Origin: an uncultured Acidobacteriota bacterium
GTDB taxonomy: Bacteria; Acidobacteriota; Vicinamibacteria; Vicinamibacterales; CAVPJW01
Assembly (NCBI GenBank): GCA_963826865.1
Contig: CAWGYQ010000007.1
Location: 278,665-342,664, forward strand
Direction of reading: 5' to 3'
DNA length: 64,000 nt
Shown here: piece by piece, positions 22,401 to 31,459 of the stretch
How the letters are laid out: each line of letters begins with the position of its first letter
Numbering within the stretch: the first letter of the stretch is position 1
Position numbers and translations under genes: made by a program
The notes under the pieces: generated by a model
Database searches by the model: none
What the model saw: the letters and a program-made list of their open reading frames with translations, nothing else
What the model was told of the DNA's origin: nothing

Positions 22401-23061
22401 GCCTGGCAAGAACGGTGTCGGCGACAAGAACGCGCAAGGTGCCAGCGACAAGGCTGCGCGGGCGGCCGACCGTCGCCTGCAGGACGAGCAGGAGTTGACA
22501 CGCGCCTTCGAGCGCGTGGCCGAGCGCATGGGCGCCGCCGGCGGCGAGCGTGACGGAGAAACGCGCAAGCTCTCAGAGCAGCTGGCGCGGGCAAGAGAGC
22601 TGCGCGAGCGCCTGTCGGGGATCGAGGAGCAAATGCGGCAGGGCCGTTCCGCCGGGCAGGAGAATGGATCGCCGACTGGCCAGGATGGTTCCGCCGCCTC
22701 TGACGCGTCTCTTTTGAAGGAAGAATACGCGCGTCAGCTCGCGCAGGCCCGGGATCTCCTGGGGTCGCCCCCGGGTCAGGGCTCGATGCAGGGCGGCCGG
22801 GGATCCACGCCTGAGAAATGGGAGCCGAGCGTCTCTGCGCCAGGGACCGAGGCGTTCAAGCAGGACTTCTCCGATTGGAACGTGCTGCGTCGTGACATCA
22901 ATCTTGCCCTGGAGCGGTTCGAGGCGTCGTTGTCCAGCCGCCTGCAGGAGAAAGAAACCCGCGATCGTCTGAGCGCCGGCGCCGATGATCGGGCACCAGA
23001 CGCCTATCGCGCGCTCATCGATCAGTACTTCCGCTCGCTGGCTTCGCCGTCGAAGCCCTGA
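19438..23061 (+). CDS. Large membrane-anchored coiled-coil protein, DUF4175-like
   Basis: Intact 1207-aa ORF with a GTG start. Has two N-terminal TM helices (LLTAACLLAYFLV, LALVALAVGVLLGISVCFLVAAW), a beta-rich middle, and a long Q/E/R-rich coiled-coil with a (GQQ)n tract. The family call rests on memory of MoxR/Bat neighbourhoods, not on a search. Confidence 0.65.
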   Translation: MAESGRIVADRPETLVRLIGAVRRRWMTVACLRAVSRAGAASALLTAACLLAYFLVQPDKLALVALAVGVLLGISVCFLVAAWPLRRTPDNRRLARFIEERVPELDDSLVTAVELRTAGEPGYGSALLDSFLHDADRRAGEIDVERVIPRARLRHAWLVAGGSLAALLTVMVFSRTPARRAYEAASVHALPWRVAIEVTPGNARVRAGQPITISVRLSGAGTVLSPMLRLENEEGRELQMRRDGGDDRFSLTIEDVRRSFDYRVEAGTLSSPTFTVTALRPPRVSRIDLRYEYPAGLGLPARTEEDSGDIYAPPGTRVRLRVRADKPIVQGELKMAGAGDLQLAAVAPDVLEGELRVAGDGSYRVSLADSDGLESEGETEYFIRTLDDRPPEVRIVKPAADRQVTRLEEVAIDAQAADDYGIERFELVYSVRGRAEKVLPLTDRVSGTSVSGSRTLYLEEMDVQPGDFVTYYARARDVAKGRRSTEGRSDIFFLEVKPYDEQFVSAESQGMRAGANSRSLEELAAAQKNIIIATWKLDRRSVSGRSRQDILSVAGAQTALRERAAGMVRQVSRFGGDRRGSFNPTTPTEQDPMSLAVQAMSSAEEALGTLKTSAAIPHEMEALNQLLRAQADVRRRQVARQSNGGGGGGSNRPTQDLSALFDRELQRQQETNYETPTSAAANEDTPDDSNQPLDKIRELARRQNEMSREQQELARQQTTIDADELKRRLERLTREQSELRREAEELARELSQQQPAEQQTQQRVDGQRGQPRQPGQQGQQGQQGQQGQQGQQGQQGQQGQQGQQGQGQGGEQTRGPGGQGSQAGGAALREASEDMQGAASNLRRQDPGQASERSGRALEKLRALERQLHARQPDNRRRALGDLQLEARQLADSQRQMAGELQRTGQSPTAETLRRLAGEKERLADRVQRFEQSVKDLEGTARSDEERGTIGDVTAELTEQQIERRLRESSDTMRQEAQAAAGSGERRTPGKNGVGDKNAQGASDKAARAADRRLQDEQELTRAFERVAERMGAAGGERDGETRKLSEQLARARELRERLSGIEEQMRQGRSAGQENGSPTGQDGSAASDASLLKEEYARQLAQARDLLGSPPGQGSMQGGRGSTPEKWEPSVSAPGTEAFKQDFSDWNVLRRDINLALERFEASLSSRLQEKETRDRLSAGADDRAPDAYRALIDQYFRSLASPSKP
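21760..21861 (+). repeat. 9-bp tandem repeat (GGN CAA CAG)x~10 encoding (GQQ)n
   Basis: Read directly: ggg caa cag gga caa cag gga caa cag gga ... ggc cag caa ggt cag ggg cag. It is in frame within the 1207-aa ORF (PGQQGQQGQQ...GQGQGG). Confidence 0.95.
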
Positions 23062-23097
23062 GCTGTGGCCGTCGCGCCACGAGGTTGAGCCCTCCGC

Positions 23098-25314
23098 GTG
23101 CAGTTCTCGTACTCTCTACCGTGGTGGGTCTGGCCCCTGATACTGATCGGGGTCGTCGCGATGGCGCGTGGCGCCTACGTGCGACGGGCTCTTCCTCTAT
23201 CATCGCGGCAGCGCCATCTGCTGACCGCGTTGCGCTCGCTCACCCTGCTCGTGCTCGTCGGGCTGCTGTTGCGGCCCGTCAAGCTGGTGATGCCGGCCTC
23301 TCCGCCGGATGCCATCGTTGCCATTCTCGTGGACACCTCGCGCAGCATGGCACTCGCCGATGCCGGCGGGCAGCGCCGCATCGATCGGGCAGGCGCACTG
23401 GCGACACAGCTTGCGGGCGACCTCGGTCGAGAGTTTCAGGTCGAGGTGTTGACGTTTGGCGAGAAGCTGGCGCCGCACGGCGGTTCGGAGTTCGTGGCCG
23501 ACGGGCGTCGCTCTGACCTTGTCGGCGCGCTGCGTGATACGCGGAAGCGTTACGAGGGAAAGTCCGTCGCGGGAATGGTGATCGTCTCCGATGGCGGCGA
23601 CACCAGCACCGGCGAATTGGCCACCGCCGTCGACCGGACGGCCCCGCCGGTGTTTGCGATTGGCATCGGATCGCCTTCGATTGCGCGCGACCGCGAGGTG
23701 TTGAGCCTCACCGCCGGTGATGCGACGCTGCCCGGCTCGGTCATCGACCTCAATGTGTCAGCGGTCAGTCATGGCTTCCCAGGGGCACCGATCGAGATGC
23801 GCGTCTTGGCCAATGGCCGGTCGATTGAGGTGCGACGGGTCACGCCCCCGCGTGACGGCTCGCCGGTGCACGAGGTGTTTCGAGTGTCACCGGATCGGAG
23901 CTCGGCAACCCTGTACACGGTCGAGATCCCCGCCAGCCCGGACGAGCTCGCTCCCGAGAACAACCGCCGGACCGTGCTCGTCAGCCCGCCTGGGCGCAAG
24001 CGCCGCCTGCTGCTCGTCGAGGGCGCGCCCGGCTTCGAACACAGCTTTCTCAAGCGGGCCTGGGCCGAAGATGAGGGCTTCGAGATCGATTCGGTGGTGA
24101 AGAAGGGGAAGAACGATCAGGGCGTCAGTACCTTTCTCGTGCAAGGAGACGCGTCCCGCTCGGCCAGTCTGGTTACCGGATATCCGACGACCAGGGAGGC
24201 GCTCTTTGCCTACGACACCGTCGTGTTCGGGAACGTCGAGGCCGAATTGCTCACACGCGATCAGCTCGTCATGACGGCGGCATTCGTGGCCGAACGTGGC
24301 GGCGGGCTGCTCGCGCTCGGCGCGCGCACGTTCCAGAATCGTGGCCTGCTCGGGACGCCGATTGAGGAAGTGCTCCCGTTGCACCTCAACGAGCGAGCGC
24401 CTGGAATCCTGCGCACCTCCGCGCAGGATGTCGGCGATTCGAACAAGGTGTTTCTCACCGACGAGGGCGCGACCCATCCGATGATGCGCATCGCGCTGGA
24501 TCCGGGCGAGAATCGCCGCCGATGGGCTGCACTTCCGGCTCTGGCCTCGAGCACGGCCCTGGGAGGGCCGCGTCCAGGAGCCCAGGTGCTGGCGGTCGCC
24601 TCCGTGCCTGGCGTCCCGTCGCGTCCGATCGTGGCGATTCAGCGATACGGCCGCGGACGGTCCATGATATTTGCCGGCGAAGCCGCATGGCGGTGGCGCA
24701 TGATGCTGCCGGCCTCCGACCGCAGCTATGAGACGTTCTGGCGGCAGGTGGCACGATGGATGTCGACCAGCGCTCCCGACCCGGTGAGCCTGGCAGTGCC
24801 CGCGGCGGCGACGCCGGGAGAAGCGGTCACGCTCGACCTGGTGGTCCGTGATCGAGCGTTTTCCACCGTCCCTGATGCGAATACGATGCTCAGGATTGTG
24901 GCGCCCGATGCATCGACGCGCGAGACGCGCCCCGTGCTGGCCGACGCCGCCAGCGGGCGATACACCGCCGTCGTCACGCCGGATCGCCCGGGGGTCTACC
25001 GCGTCAATGCGGAGGCACGCGCGGGGACGCGGATCCTCGGCGCGCCGGTCGCCTGGCTTCTCGTGGGTGGCGCCGACCGTGAGCTGACCGATCCGCGTCT
25101 GAATGAGGAAGTGTTGCGACGAACGGCCGAGGCTACCGGCGGTCGCTATCTCGCCGGCGACGAAACGGCGGAGCTTGGCGCCTTGCTTCGCAGCCGGCGT
25201 GGTGCCGTCACTCCCGAGCGGCGCGAAATCTGGCATAGCCCGTGGACGATAGGATTGGTTCTGATGCTGCTCAGCGCTGAGTGGGCGCTACGGCGCCGGT
25301 GGGGGATGCGGTGA
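23098..25314 (+). CDS. vWA-domain membrane protein (BatB/BatA-like, C-terminal TM anchor)
   Basis: Intact 738-aa ORF. Has N-terminal TM helices, a vWA MIDAS context (AILVDTSRSMALAD), an amidotransferase-like middle region and a C-terminal TM (PWTIGLVLMLLSAEWALRRRW). Confidence 0.75.
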   Translation: MQFSYSLPWWVWPLILIGVVAMARGAYVRRALPLSSRQRHLLTALRSLTLLVLVGLLLRPVKLVMPASPPDAIVAILVDTSRSMALADAGGQRRIDRAGALATQLAGDLGREFQVEVLTFGEKLAPHGGSEFVADGRRSDLVGALRDTRKRYEGKSVAGMVIVSDGGDTSTGELATAVDRTAPPVFAIGIGSPSIARDREVLSLTAGDATLPGSVIDLNVSAVSHGFPGAPIEMRVLANGRSIEVRRVTPPRDGSPVHEVFRVSPDRSSATLYTVEIPASPDELAPENNRRTVLVSPPGRKRRLLLVEGAPGFEHSFLKRAWAEDEGFEIDSVVKKGKNDQGVSTFLVQGDASRSASLVTGYPTTREALFAYDTVVFGNVEAELLTRDQLVMTAAFVAERGGGLLALGARTFQNRGLLGTPIEEVLPLHLNERAPGILRTSAQDVGDSNKVFLTDEGATHPMMRIALDPGENRRRWAALPALASSTALGGPRPGAQVLAVASVPGVPSRPIVAIQRYGRGRSMIFAGEAAWRWRMMLPASDRSYETFWRQVARWMSTSAPDPVSLAVPAAATPGEAVTLDLVVRDRAFSTVPDANTMLRIVAPDASTRETRPVLADAASGRYTAVVTPDRPGVYRVNAEARAGTRILGAPVAWLLVGGADRELTDPRLNEEVLRRTAEATGGRYLAGDETAELGALLRSRRGAVTPERREIWHSPWTIGLVLMLLSAEWALRRRWGMR

Positions 25315-26273
25315 TCACCCGCCAGATTGGATGGCTCCTGCTGATCGTGCTGCTTGCCCCTTCTGTGCAGGCGGCCGAGCGCTACGCGCTCCTCGTCGTC
25401 GGCGCATCGGGCGAGCCGAAGTATCGTGAGAGCTATGACAAATGGCACGACTCGCTGGTCGGGGCGCTGCGCGACCGGCTCGGATTGGCTGCCGATCGCA
25501 TCGTGTCGCTCAAGGATCACGGCGTGCCGGAGACCCAGCTCGCCACCGCCGCCAATGTGACGGGCACCCTCGGGTCGCTTCGCGGACGCCTTCAAGGCGA
25601 CGACCTCTTGCTCATCGTTCTCATCGGGCACGGCAGTTTCGATGGTGATACCGCCAAGTTCAACCTCGTGGGGCCGGACCTGGACGCCTCGCGATGGAAC
25701 GCACTGCTCCGCGGCATGCCGGGCCGGCTGGCCATTGTCAATACGACTGGCGCCAGCTTCCCGTTTCTCGCCGAGCTCTCCGGCCGCGACCGGGTGATCA
25801 TCACGGCAACCGACTCGGCCGCGCAGCGGTTCGACACCGTATTTCCGGAGTTCTTCGTCCAGGCCTTTGCCGGCGAGGGAAGCGATCTCGACAAGAACGG
25901 TCGCATCTCGCTGTGGGAAGCCTTCAGCTACGCCAGCGTCGCCGTCAAGCAGTGGTACGAGCAGCGTGGTCAGCTGGCCACCGAGCGCTCGGTGCTCGAC
26001 GACGACGGCGACGGTACGGGGAAGGAGGCGGGGGCACCTGGCCCCGACGGTGCGCTGGCGCGCGCCATGTATCTGGACCCGGACGTCCCCGCCGCTGTCA
26101 GTGGCGACAGTCAGCTGGCAGAGTTGTACCGTCGTCGCGCGGCGCTCGAGGCCGAGATCGAGGGCCTCAAGGCGAAGAAGACGGACATGCCCGAACAGGA
26201 GTATCTGGATCAGCTCGAGAAGCTTGCTGTGGAGCTCGCCAGGGTCTCTCGGGAGATTCGATCGCGATCCTGA
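25281..26273 (+). CDS. Secreted caspase/legumain (C13)-like fold protein, catalytic Cys apparently absent
   Basis: 330-aa ORF. An alternative GTG start at 25311 overlaps the upstream stop (GTGA). Has a signal peptide (LLLIVLLAPSVQAAE). The His-Gly strand LLIVLIGHGSFDG is retained, but the expected Cys strand reads LAIVNTTGASFPF. The C-terminal part is a coiled coil. Confidence 0.45.
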   Translation: MGATAPVGDAVITRQIGWLLLIVLLAPSVQAAERYALLVVGASGEPKYRESYDKWHDSLVGALRDRLGLAADRIVSLKDHGVPETQLATAANVTGTLGSLRGRLQGDDLLLIVLIGHGSFDGDTAKFNLVGPDLDASRWNALLRGMPGRLAIVNTTGASFPFLAELSGRDRVIITATDSAAQRFDTVFPEFFVQAFAGEGSDLDKNGRISLWEAFSYASVAVKQWYEQRGQLATERSVLDDDGDGTGKEAGAPGPDGALARAMYLDPDVPAAVSGDSQLAELYRRRAALEAEIEGLKAKKTDMPEQEYLDQLEKLAVELARVSREIRSRS

Positions 26274-26282
26274 TCGAACGGC

Positions 26283-26972
26283 TCACCACTCGAGACGGCG
26301 GCGCGCGTGGGGTCGAAGAATCGCGATGCCGATCACGCCCGACGCAAATCCAGCCAGACTCGACCAGAAGGCGATTCCACCCGCCTCGGCGGTGGTTCGG
26401 GCCATCGATCCGGGGCCCGCGAAGAACTGCACGAGAACCCAGACGCCGAGAAAAAAACTGGCCGGCAGCTCGATGATGTCCCACAACACGACGAACGGCA
26501 GGAACGTCAGCACGCGCGAGTGAGGGAACATCAGGAAGTACGCGCCCAGCACTCCGGCAATCGCCCCGCTCGCGCCGACCATCGGCACCGTCGAGTCCGG
26601 AGATGCGGCTAGGTGAGCGAGCGCCGCGGCACTGCCGCAGAACACATAGAACATCAGGTAGCGACCGCGCCCCAGTCGATCCTCGACGTTGTCGCCGAAG
26701 ATCCAGAGGCACAGCATGTTTCCCGCGAAGTGCAGCCAGCCGGCGTGCAGGAACTGCGCGGTGAGCACGGTCGGCCAGGCGAAGCTCGCGGGAACCACGC
26801 CGTAGATCGTCAGGATTCGCTGCAGCGATTCCGGTGAGCGCTGAATCTGAAAGAGCCAGACGAGCGTATTGGCTGCGATGAGCCCAATCGTGATGAGCGG
26901 CGCGCCGCCAGACGGGATCACGTCACGAAGAGGAATCACGTCCTGAGTATAATGAACCGCCCGCCTATCCAT
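26283..26972 (-). CDS. Rhomboid-family intramembrane serine protease
   Basis: 229-aa polytopic ORF with WLHFAGNMLCLWIFG and the catalytic GASGAIAGVLGAYF (GxSG) and His (MFPHSRV) contexts. Confidence 0.9.
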   Translation of the reverse strand: MDRRAVHYTQDVIPLRDVIPSGGAPLITIGLIAANTLVWLFQIQRSPESLQRILTIYGVVPASFAWPTVLTAQFLHAGWLHFAGNMLCLWIFGDNVEDRLGRGRYLMFYVFCGSAAALAHLAASPDSTVPMVGASGAIAGVLGAYFLMFPHSRVLTFLPFVVLWDIIELPASFFLGVWVLVQFFAGPGSMARTTAEAGGIAFWSSLAGFASGVIGIAILRPHARRRLEW

Positions 26973-27003
26973 TGCGCGTCCGAGAACGACTGGGATTCTG
27001 ATT

Positions 27004-27288
27004 GTGAAGTGTCAGCACTGCGGTACCGAGATCGCGGACAAGGCGCTCATCTGCTTTCGGTGCGGCGCGGCGACATCGACGCCGCGGATTCAGCCACCCG
27101 CCTCTCGCCCCCGAAGGGGCCGGGCGCGTCTCCTTCCGGCCACACTGGCGCTGGCAACCCTGGCCCTGGCGGGCATCTTCATGGGCCGTGCCGGCGACGA
27201 GGCGATGCCGCTGTACATCGAGTGGGCCATCGCAGTGCTCGCGGTCGCGACGGTGGTGAGCTGGCTGGCCGCACGACGGCGAGGATGA
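27004..27288 (+). CDS. Zinc-ribbon membrane protein
   Basis: 94-aa ORF with a GTG start. Has CxxC...CxxC (KCQHCGTEIADKALICFRCG) followed by two hydrophobic helices. Confidence 0.55.
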   Translation: MKCQHCGTEIADKALICFRCGAATSTPRIQPPASRPRRGRARLLPATLALATLALAGIFMGRAGDEAMPLYIEWAIAVLAVATVVSWLAARRRG

Positions 27289-27376
27289 GCCCCGGAAGGT
27301 TGCGCCCCAGATTCCGAATCAGCTAACATGCGACCCCTGCTGACGTTGATCCATTCCACACGCCCGGACACCGCCC

Positions 27377-28990
27377 ATGCCTGAAGCGCGACTGGAAGTC
27401 GTCGACGCGCTCGGCCGGCGTATCGTCCCCGTCGACAAGGAAATCTTCGCCATCGGCCGGCGCACGGGCAACGACCTCAGGCTCGTCGGCAGCGACGTCT
27501 CGCGCGACCACGCCGAGATCGCGCGTGAAAGCGATAAATACGTCATTCGCGATCGTGGGTCGCGCTACGGGACCTTCGTCAACGGCGACTCGGTCGTCGA
27601 GAAAATCCTGACCCACGGCGATCAGATCCGGATCGGGCGAAGCGGCGGCGCCGAGCTCGTGTTCCTGGTCGACGATGTCGGACCCTCGATTGAGCGGACC
27701 ACGACATCGGCGGTGGGCGACCTGCGTCAGATTTCCGCGCTGCTCGAGGGCCTGCGCGCCCTCGGATCCGGCCGTGTCCTCGACGAGGTGTTGGCCCTCG
27801 TGATGGACTCGGCCATCGAGGTCACCGGAGCCGAACGCGGTTTCATCATGCTCGCCGGGGCAGAAGGGGCCCTCGAGTTCAAGATGGCCCGCGCGCGAGG
27901 GAAGGTCACGCTGCCGGGCAAGACGTTCGAGACGAGCCGCAAGATTCCCGAAGAGGTGTTCGCGACGGGCGAAGAGCGCATCGTCGCCGACCTGCTCGAC
28001 GGGGACCTGGCCAACGTCCACATGGGGACGGTGGCCCTCGGCATCCGCCACGTCCTCTGTACGCCGCTGCGCCTCGTGCGGTACGTCGATCGGGCCGATT
28101 CGGCGCCGGAGCCGAAACGCATCGGCGTCCTCTATCTCGACAGCCGCGAGCGCGGATCGTTGCTTTCGAAGGCGACTCGTGGCGCGCTCGAGACGCTCGC
28201 GACCGAAGCGGCGGTGGCCATCGAGAACGCACGGCTCTATCGCGACAACATCGACAAGGCGCGGATCGAGCAGGAAATGAAGATCGCCGCCGACATTCAG
28301 CGGGCGCTGCTGCCCGATGCCAAGCACGTCGGCGCGTACTTCAGTGCCGTGGCCGACTCGGTGCCGTGCCGGTCGATTGGGGGCGACTTCTACGATTACA
28401 TCGACATGCCCGGTGGCGAGTTCGCGTTCGCCCTGGGAGACGTGGCCGGGAAAGGGGCGCCGGCAGCGCTCCTGACCGCAGTCATCCAGGGGATCTTCTC
28501 GGCTCAGGGCTATTCGGGCGCCTCGCCGTCGCAAACCGTCACGCGAGTGAATCAGGCGCTGATCCGCCGCGCCATCGAATCGCGGTTCGCCACCATCCTC
28601 TACGGCGTTCTCACGCGCGAGGGCAAGCTGGCGTACTGCAATGCCGGTCACAATCCCCCGTTTCTGATTGGCACCGCCGGCGGCGTGCGGCGTCTCGAGA
28701 AGGGCGGGCTGATCGTCGGGTTGTTCGAGCACGCGACCTTCGACGAGGAAACGCTGCAGCTCGACCCGGGCGACGTGCTCGTCGTGTTCAGCGACGGCGT
28801 CACCGAGGCCCTCAACGTGGCCGGCGAAGAGTTCGGCGAGGAACGGCTGCTGGCCTGCATCGAGGCCCATCGTCAGAACGATCTGTCCAATCTTCTCTCC
28901 GCCATTTTCAAGGATGTTCGCGACTTCGCTTCAGGGGCCATGCAGAGCGACGACATCACGGCGCTCGTGCTGAAGTATGTGGGGCCCTAG
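27377..28990 (+). CDS. FHA-GAF-PP2C (SpoIIE-type) serine/threonine phosphatase
   Basis: 537-aa ORF. Has an FHA domain (IGRRTGNDLRLVGSDVSRDHAEI...GSRYGTFVNG), a central GAF-like region, and a PP2C/SpoIIE domain (GGDFYDYI, ALGDVAGKGAPAALL, FSDGVTEA, DDITALVL). Confidence 0.9.
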   Translation: MPEARLEVVDALGRRIVPVDKEIFAIGRRTGNDLRLVGSDVSRDHAEIARESDKYVIRDRGSRYGTFVNGDSVVEKILTHGDQIRIGRSGGAELVFLVDDVGPSIERTTTSAVGDLRQISALLEGLRALGSGRVLDEVLALVMDSAIEVTGAERGFIMLAGAEGALEFKMARARGKVTLPGKTFETSRKIPEEVFATGEERIVADLLDGDLANVHMGTVALGIRHVLCTPLRLVRYVDRADSAPEPKRIGVLYLDSRERGSLLSKATRGALETLATEAAVAIENARLYRDNIDKARIEQEMKIAADIQRALLPDAKHVGAYFSAVADSVPCRSIGGDFYDYIDMPGGEFAFALGDVAGKGAPAALLTAVIQGIFSAQGYSGASPSQTVTRVNQALIRRAIESRFATILYGVLTREGKLAYCNAGHNPPFLIGTAGGVRRLEKGGLIVGLFEHATFDEETLQLDPGDVLVVFSDGVTEALNVAGEEFGEERLLACIEAHRQNDLSNLLSAIFKDVRDFASGAMQSDDITALVLKYVGP

Positions 28991-28996
28991 GCGGCT

Positions 28997-29278
28997 GTGA
29001 TGCGGAAGCGCGGCTGGCTGCTCCTGGCGGTCGGGTTCGTCGCCTGGCACGTCGTGTTCGATCTGCAAGTCGAGTATTTCGCCACGCGCTTCGTTGCCCA
29101 GCAGGAGTTGGCGGCGCAGGGAATTGGCCACTTCGTGCCGATGGACGACGCGATGCGGCCGGCGGTCACCCTGAGTGCGCTCATCGCGTCGGCGTGGAGC
29201 GTTGTCGCCATGGCGCTCTCGTCTGTGGTGACACGCTCCACCAATCGCGCTCGTCTCCGTTTCACCCGCGCGTCCTGA
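28997..29278 (+). CDS. Small hypothetical membrane protein
   Basis: 93-aa ORF with a GTG start and two hydrophobic segments. I recognise no similarity. It fills the gap between neighbouring genes on the same strand. Confidence 0.4.
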   Translation: MMRKRGWLLLAVGFVAWHVVFDLQVEYFATRFVAQQELAAQGIGHFVPMDDAMRPAVTLSALIASAWSVVAMALSSVVTRSTNRARLRFTRAS

Positions 29279-29317
29279 CGGCCGTCTCCGAGCCGCGCGC
29301 ATTTCGGACGATCGGCG

Positions 29318-30535
29318 ATGGATCAGCCGCTCATCTACGACTGGAACCGGGCTGAGACGCCGTTCCAGCCTCGTGCCGTCGAGCTCGACGACGAGACGCT
29401 GCGCGACGGCCTGCAGTCGCCATCGATCCGGACGCCCACCATCGAGCAGAAGCTCGAGATTCTCCACTTCATCGACCGCCTGGGTATCGAGACCGCCGAC
29501 ATCGGCCTCCCCGGAGCAGGCCCGCATGTGGCGCGTGATGCCGAGCGGCTGGCCCGCGAGATTGGCGCCAGCCGGCTCAGAGTGAAGGCCAATTGCGCGG
29601 CCAGGACGGTCGTCGCCGACATCAGGCCCATCGCCGAGATCGTCCAGCGCACCGGCGTGCCGATCGAGTGCTGCACCTTCATCGGGTCCAGTCCCATCCG
29701 GCGCTACACCGAGGATTGGACCGTGGAGCACCTCGAGCGGCTCACCGACGAGGCCGTGCGCTTCGCCGTCGGCGAAGGCCTCACGGTGATGTATGTCACC
29801 GAGGACACCACACGCGCGGATCCCGAGTCGCTGCGACGGCTGTACGCGGCGGCCATTCGCGCCGGCGCGGCACGCATCTGCATCGCCGATACGGTGGGCC
29901 ATGCTACGCCGGCCGGGGCGGCCGCGGTGGTGCGGTTCGTGGCCGGCGTGATTCAGGACCTCGGAGGCGGTGTGGGCATCGACTGGCACGGCCACCGCGA
30001 CCGGGACCTCGCAATTGCCAACTGCCTGGCCGCCCTGGACGCGGGGGCGACGCGGCTCCACGCCTCGGCTCTGGGAATCGGCGAGCGGGTCGGGAACACG
30101 CCGATGGATCTGCTGCTGGTGAACCTGGTGCTCATGGGCTATCTCGATCGCGATCTGTCGGAGCTCGGGGCGTACTGCCGCGCGGTATCGGAGGCGTGCG
30201 ACATCCAGATCCCGGCGAACTATCCGGTCGTCGGGCGCGACGCGTTCCGGACCGCGACAGGCGTGCATGCCGCGGCCGTGATGAAGGCCTACCGCAAGGG
30301 TGACCGTGAACTGCTCGACAAGATCTACTCCGGCGTACCGGCGAGGCTGGTCGGTCGTGAGCAGACAGTGGAGGTCGGGCCGATGTCGGGCCGCTCGAAC
30401 GTGGTCTTCTGGCTGGAGCGTCGCGGGATCGAGGCCACCGAACAACTCGTCGATTCCATATTCGCGAGCGCGAAGACCTCGCCGACCGTGCTCACCGAAG
30501 AGGAAATTTTCGCCCTCGTGCGCCAGACGAACTGA
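29318..30535 (+). CDS. 2-isopropylmalate synthase/homocitrate synthase family (HMGL-like) protein lacking the LeuA regulatory domain
   Basis: 405-aa ORF. Has the DRE-TIM barrel motifs ELDDETLRDGLQSPS and DWHGHRDRDLAIANCLAALDAGA. There is no C-terminal LeuA dimerisation or allosteric domain. Confidence 0.8.
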   Translation: MDQPLIYDWNRAETPFQPRAVELDDETLRDGLQSPSIRTPTIEQKLEILHFIDRLGIETADIGLPGAGPHVARDAERLAREIGASRLRVKANCAARTVVADIRPIAEIVQRTGVPIECCTFIGSSPIRRYTEDWTVEHLERLTDEAVRFAVGEGLTVMYVTEDTTRADPESLRRLYAAAIRAGAARICIADTVGHATPAGAAAVVRFVAGVIQDLGGGVGIDWHGHRDRDLAIANCLAALDAGATRLHASALGIGERVGNTPMDLLLVNLVLMGYLDRDLSELGAYCRAVSEACDIQIPANYPVVGRDAFRTATGVHAAAVMKAYRKGDRELLDKIYSGVPARLVGREQTVEVGPMSGRSNVVFWLERRGIEATEQLVDSIFASAKTSPTVLTEEEIFALVRQTN

Positions 30536-30544
30536 CCGGTCAGC

Positions 30545-31459
30545 TCATCGTCCAGAGCGCCCAGCACCGATCAACTTCGCTTCGATCGCCGGCAGAGCCT
30601 CGAGCAGCACATCGCCCACCACCTGCAGGCTCCGTGCGCTGATCTGATCGAGCGTGTCGTTCGGGGTATGCCAGGCCGCGTAGTCGAGGTCAATCAGATC
30701 CACCGCGGGAACGCCTGCCTGCAGGAACGGCACGTGATCGTCCTCGATGAGCGTCGTCTCGTCGAGAAAATACCGTGACAGCTCGAGACGCCGCGCCGAG
30801 GCCCACAGGAGATCCGTGAGCCAGGGGGTGGAGTGTCCCTCGCGCCGGATGTTGAGGTGGCGCTCGCCGATCATGTCCACGAGGATCAGGGCGCGGAGCG
30901 ACGCGAGCGTTCCGCTCTTTCGGGCGGCCTCGACGTAGTGCCGGCTGCCGTAGGTGTGATCGGTTCCGGTCCATTCGACGACGGCTTCCTCGCCATCGAG
31001 GAAGAGCAGCTCGACGGTCAGCGGATTCGCGCGGGCGCGCAGCACCCGAGCCAGTTCCAGCAGGAACGCTGCGCTCGATCCCCCGTCGTTGGCGCCAACG
31101 AACCGGACTTGGCGGAAAAGCTTCGTGTCGTAGTGGCCGGCAATGACGAGCCGCTCCGGGCGCGCGCCCTGAATGGTGGCCGTCAGGTTGACCATCCGCA
31201 GCGTCCCGAGCGGTGTCGCGGCGTCGAAGGTCTGCTCGACGGGGCGAATACCGAGTGCGGAGAGCTGGTCGGTGATGTAGCGCCGTGCGTCGGCCAGGCC
31301 CGCCGACCCGGCTGGCCTTGGTCCAATCGTCACCAACTGTCGGACGTGCTCATAGGCGCGGCCACCGTCGAATCCCGGCGGGGGTTGGACCTGAGGAACG
31401 GCCGCCGACAGGCCTGACGCTGAGGCCAGCGCCACGACGCCGGCCTTCAACCAGCTCAT
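30545..31459 (-). CDS. M28-family zinc aminopeptidase (secreted)
   Basis: Starts at [16 protein letters not shown] (ATG 31459), overlapping the gltA stop as ATGA. M28 ligand contexts are [31 protein letters not shown] and WHTPNDT. The track fuses it to gltA as a 733-aa ORF. Confidence 0.85.
   Translation of the reverse strand: MSWLKAGVVALASASGLSAAVPQVQPPPGFDGGRAYEHVRQLVTIGPRPAGSAGLADARRYITDQLSALGIRPVEQTFDAATPLGTLRMVNLTATIQGARPERLVIAGHYDTKLFRQVRFVGANDGGSSAAFLLELARVLRARANPLTVELLFLDGEEAVVEWTGTDHTYGSRHYVEAARKSGTLASLRALILVDMIGERHLNIRREGHSTPWLTDLLWASARRLELSRYFLDETTLIEDDHVPFLQAGVPAVDLIDLDYAAWHTPNDTLDQISARSLQVVGDVLLEALPAIEAKLIGAGRSGR

Noticed and set aside
27323-30445. Two long minus-strand ORFs (27323-28870, 515 aa; 28931-30445, 504 aa).
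   Set aside because: Both are antisense to the FHA-GAF-PP2C and IPMS-like genes, which have unambiguous motifs, and both translate to low-complexity Arg/Asp/Gly-rich sequence. The same reasoning applies to 10706-11890(-), 13391-14413(-), 15453-16544(-), 39803-41104(+), 42209-43978(-), 46996-48207(+), 55608-56750(+) and 59729-60793(+).
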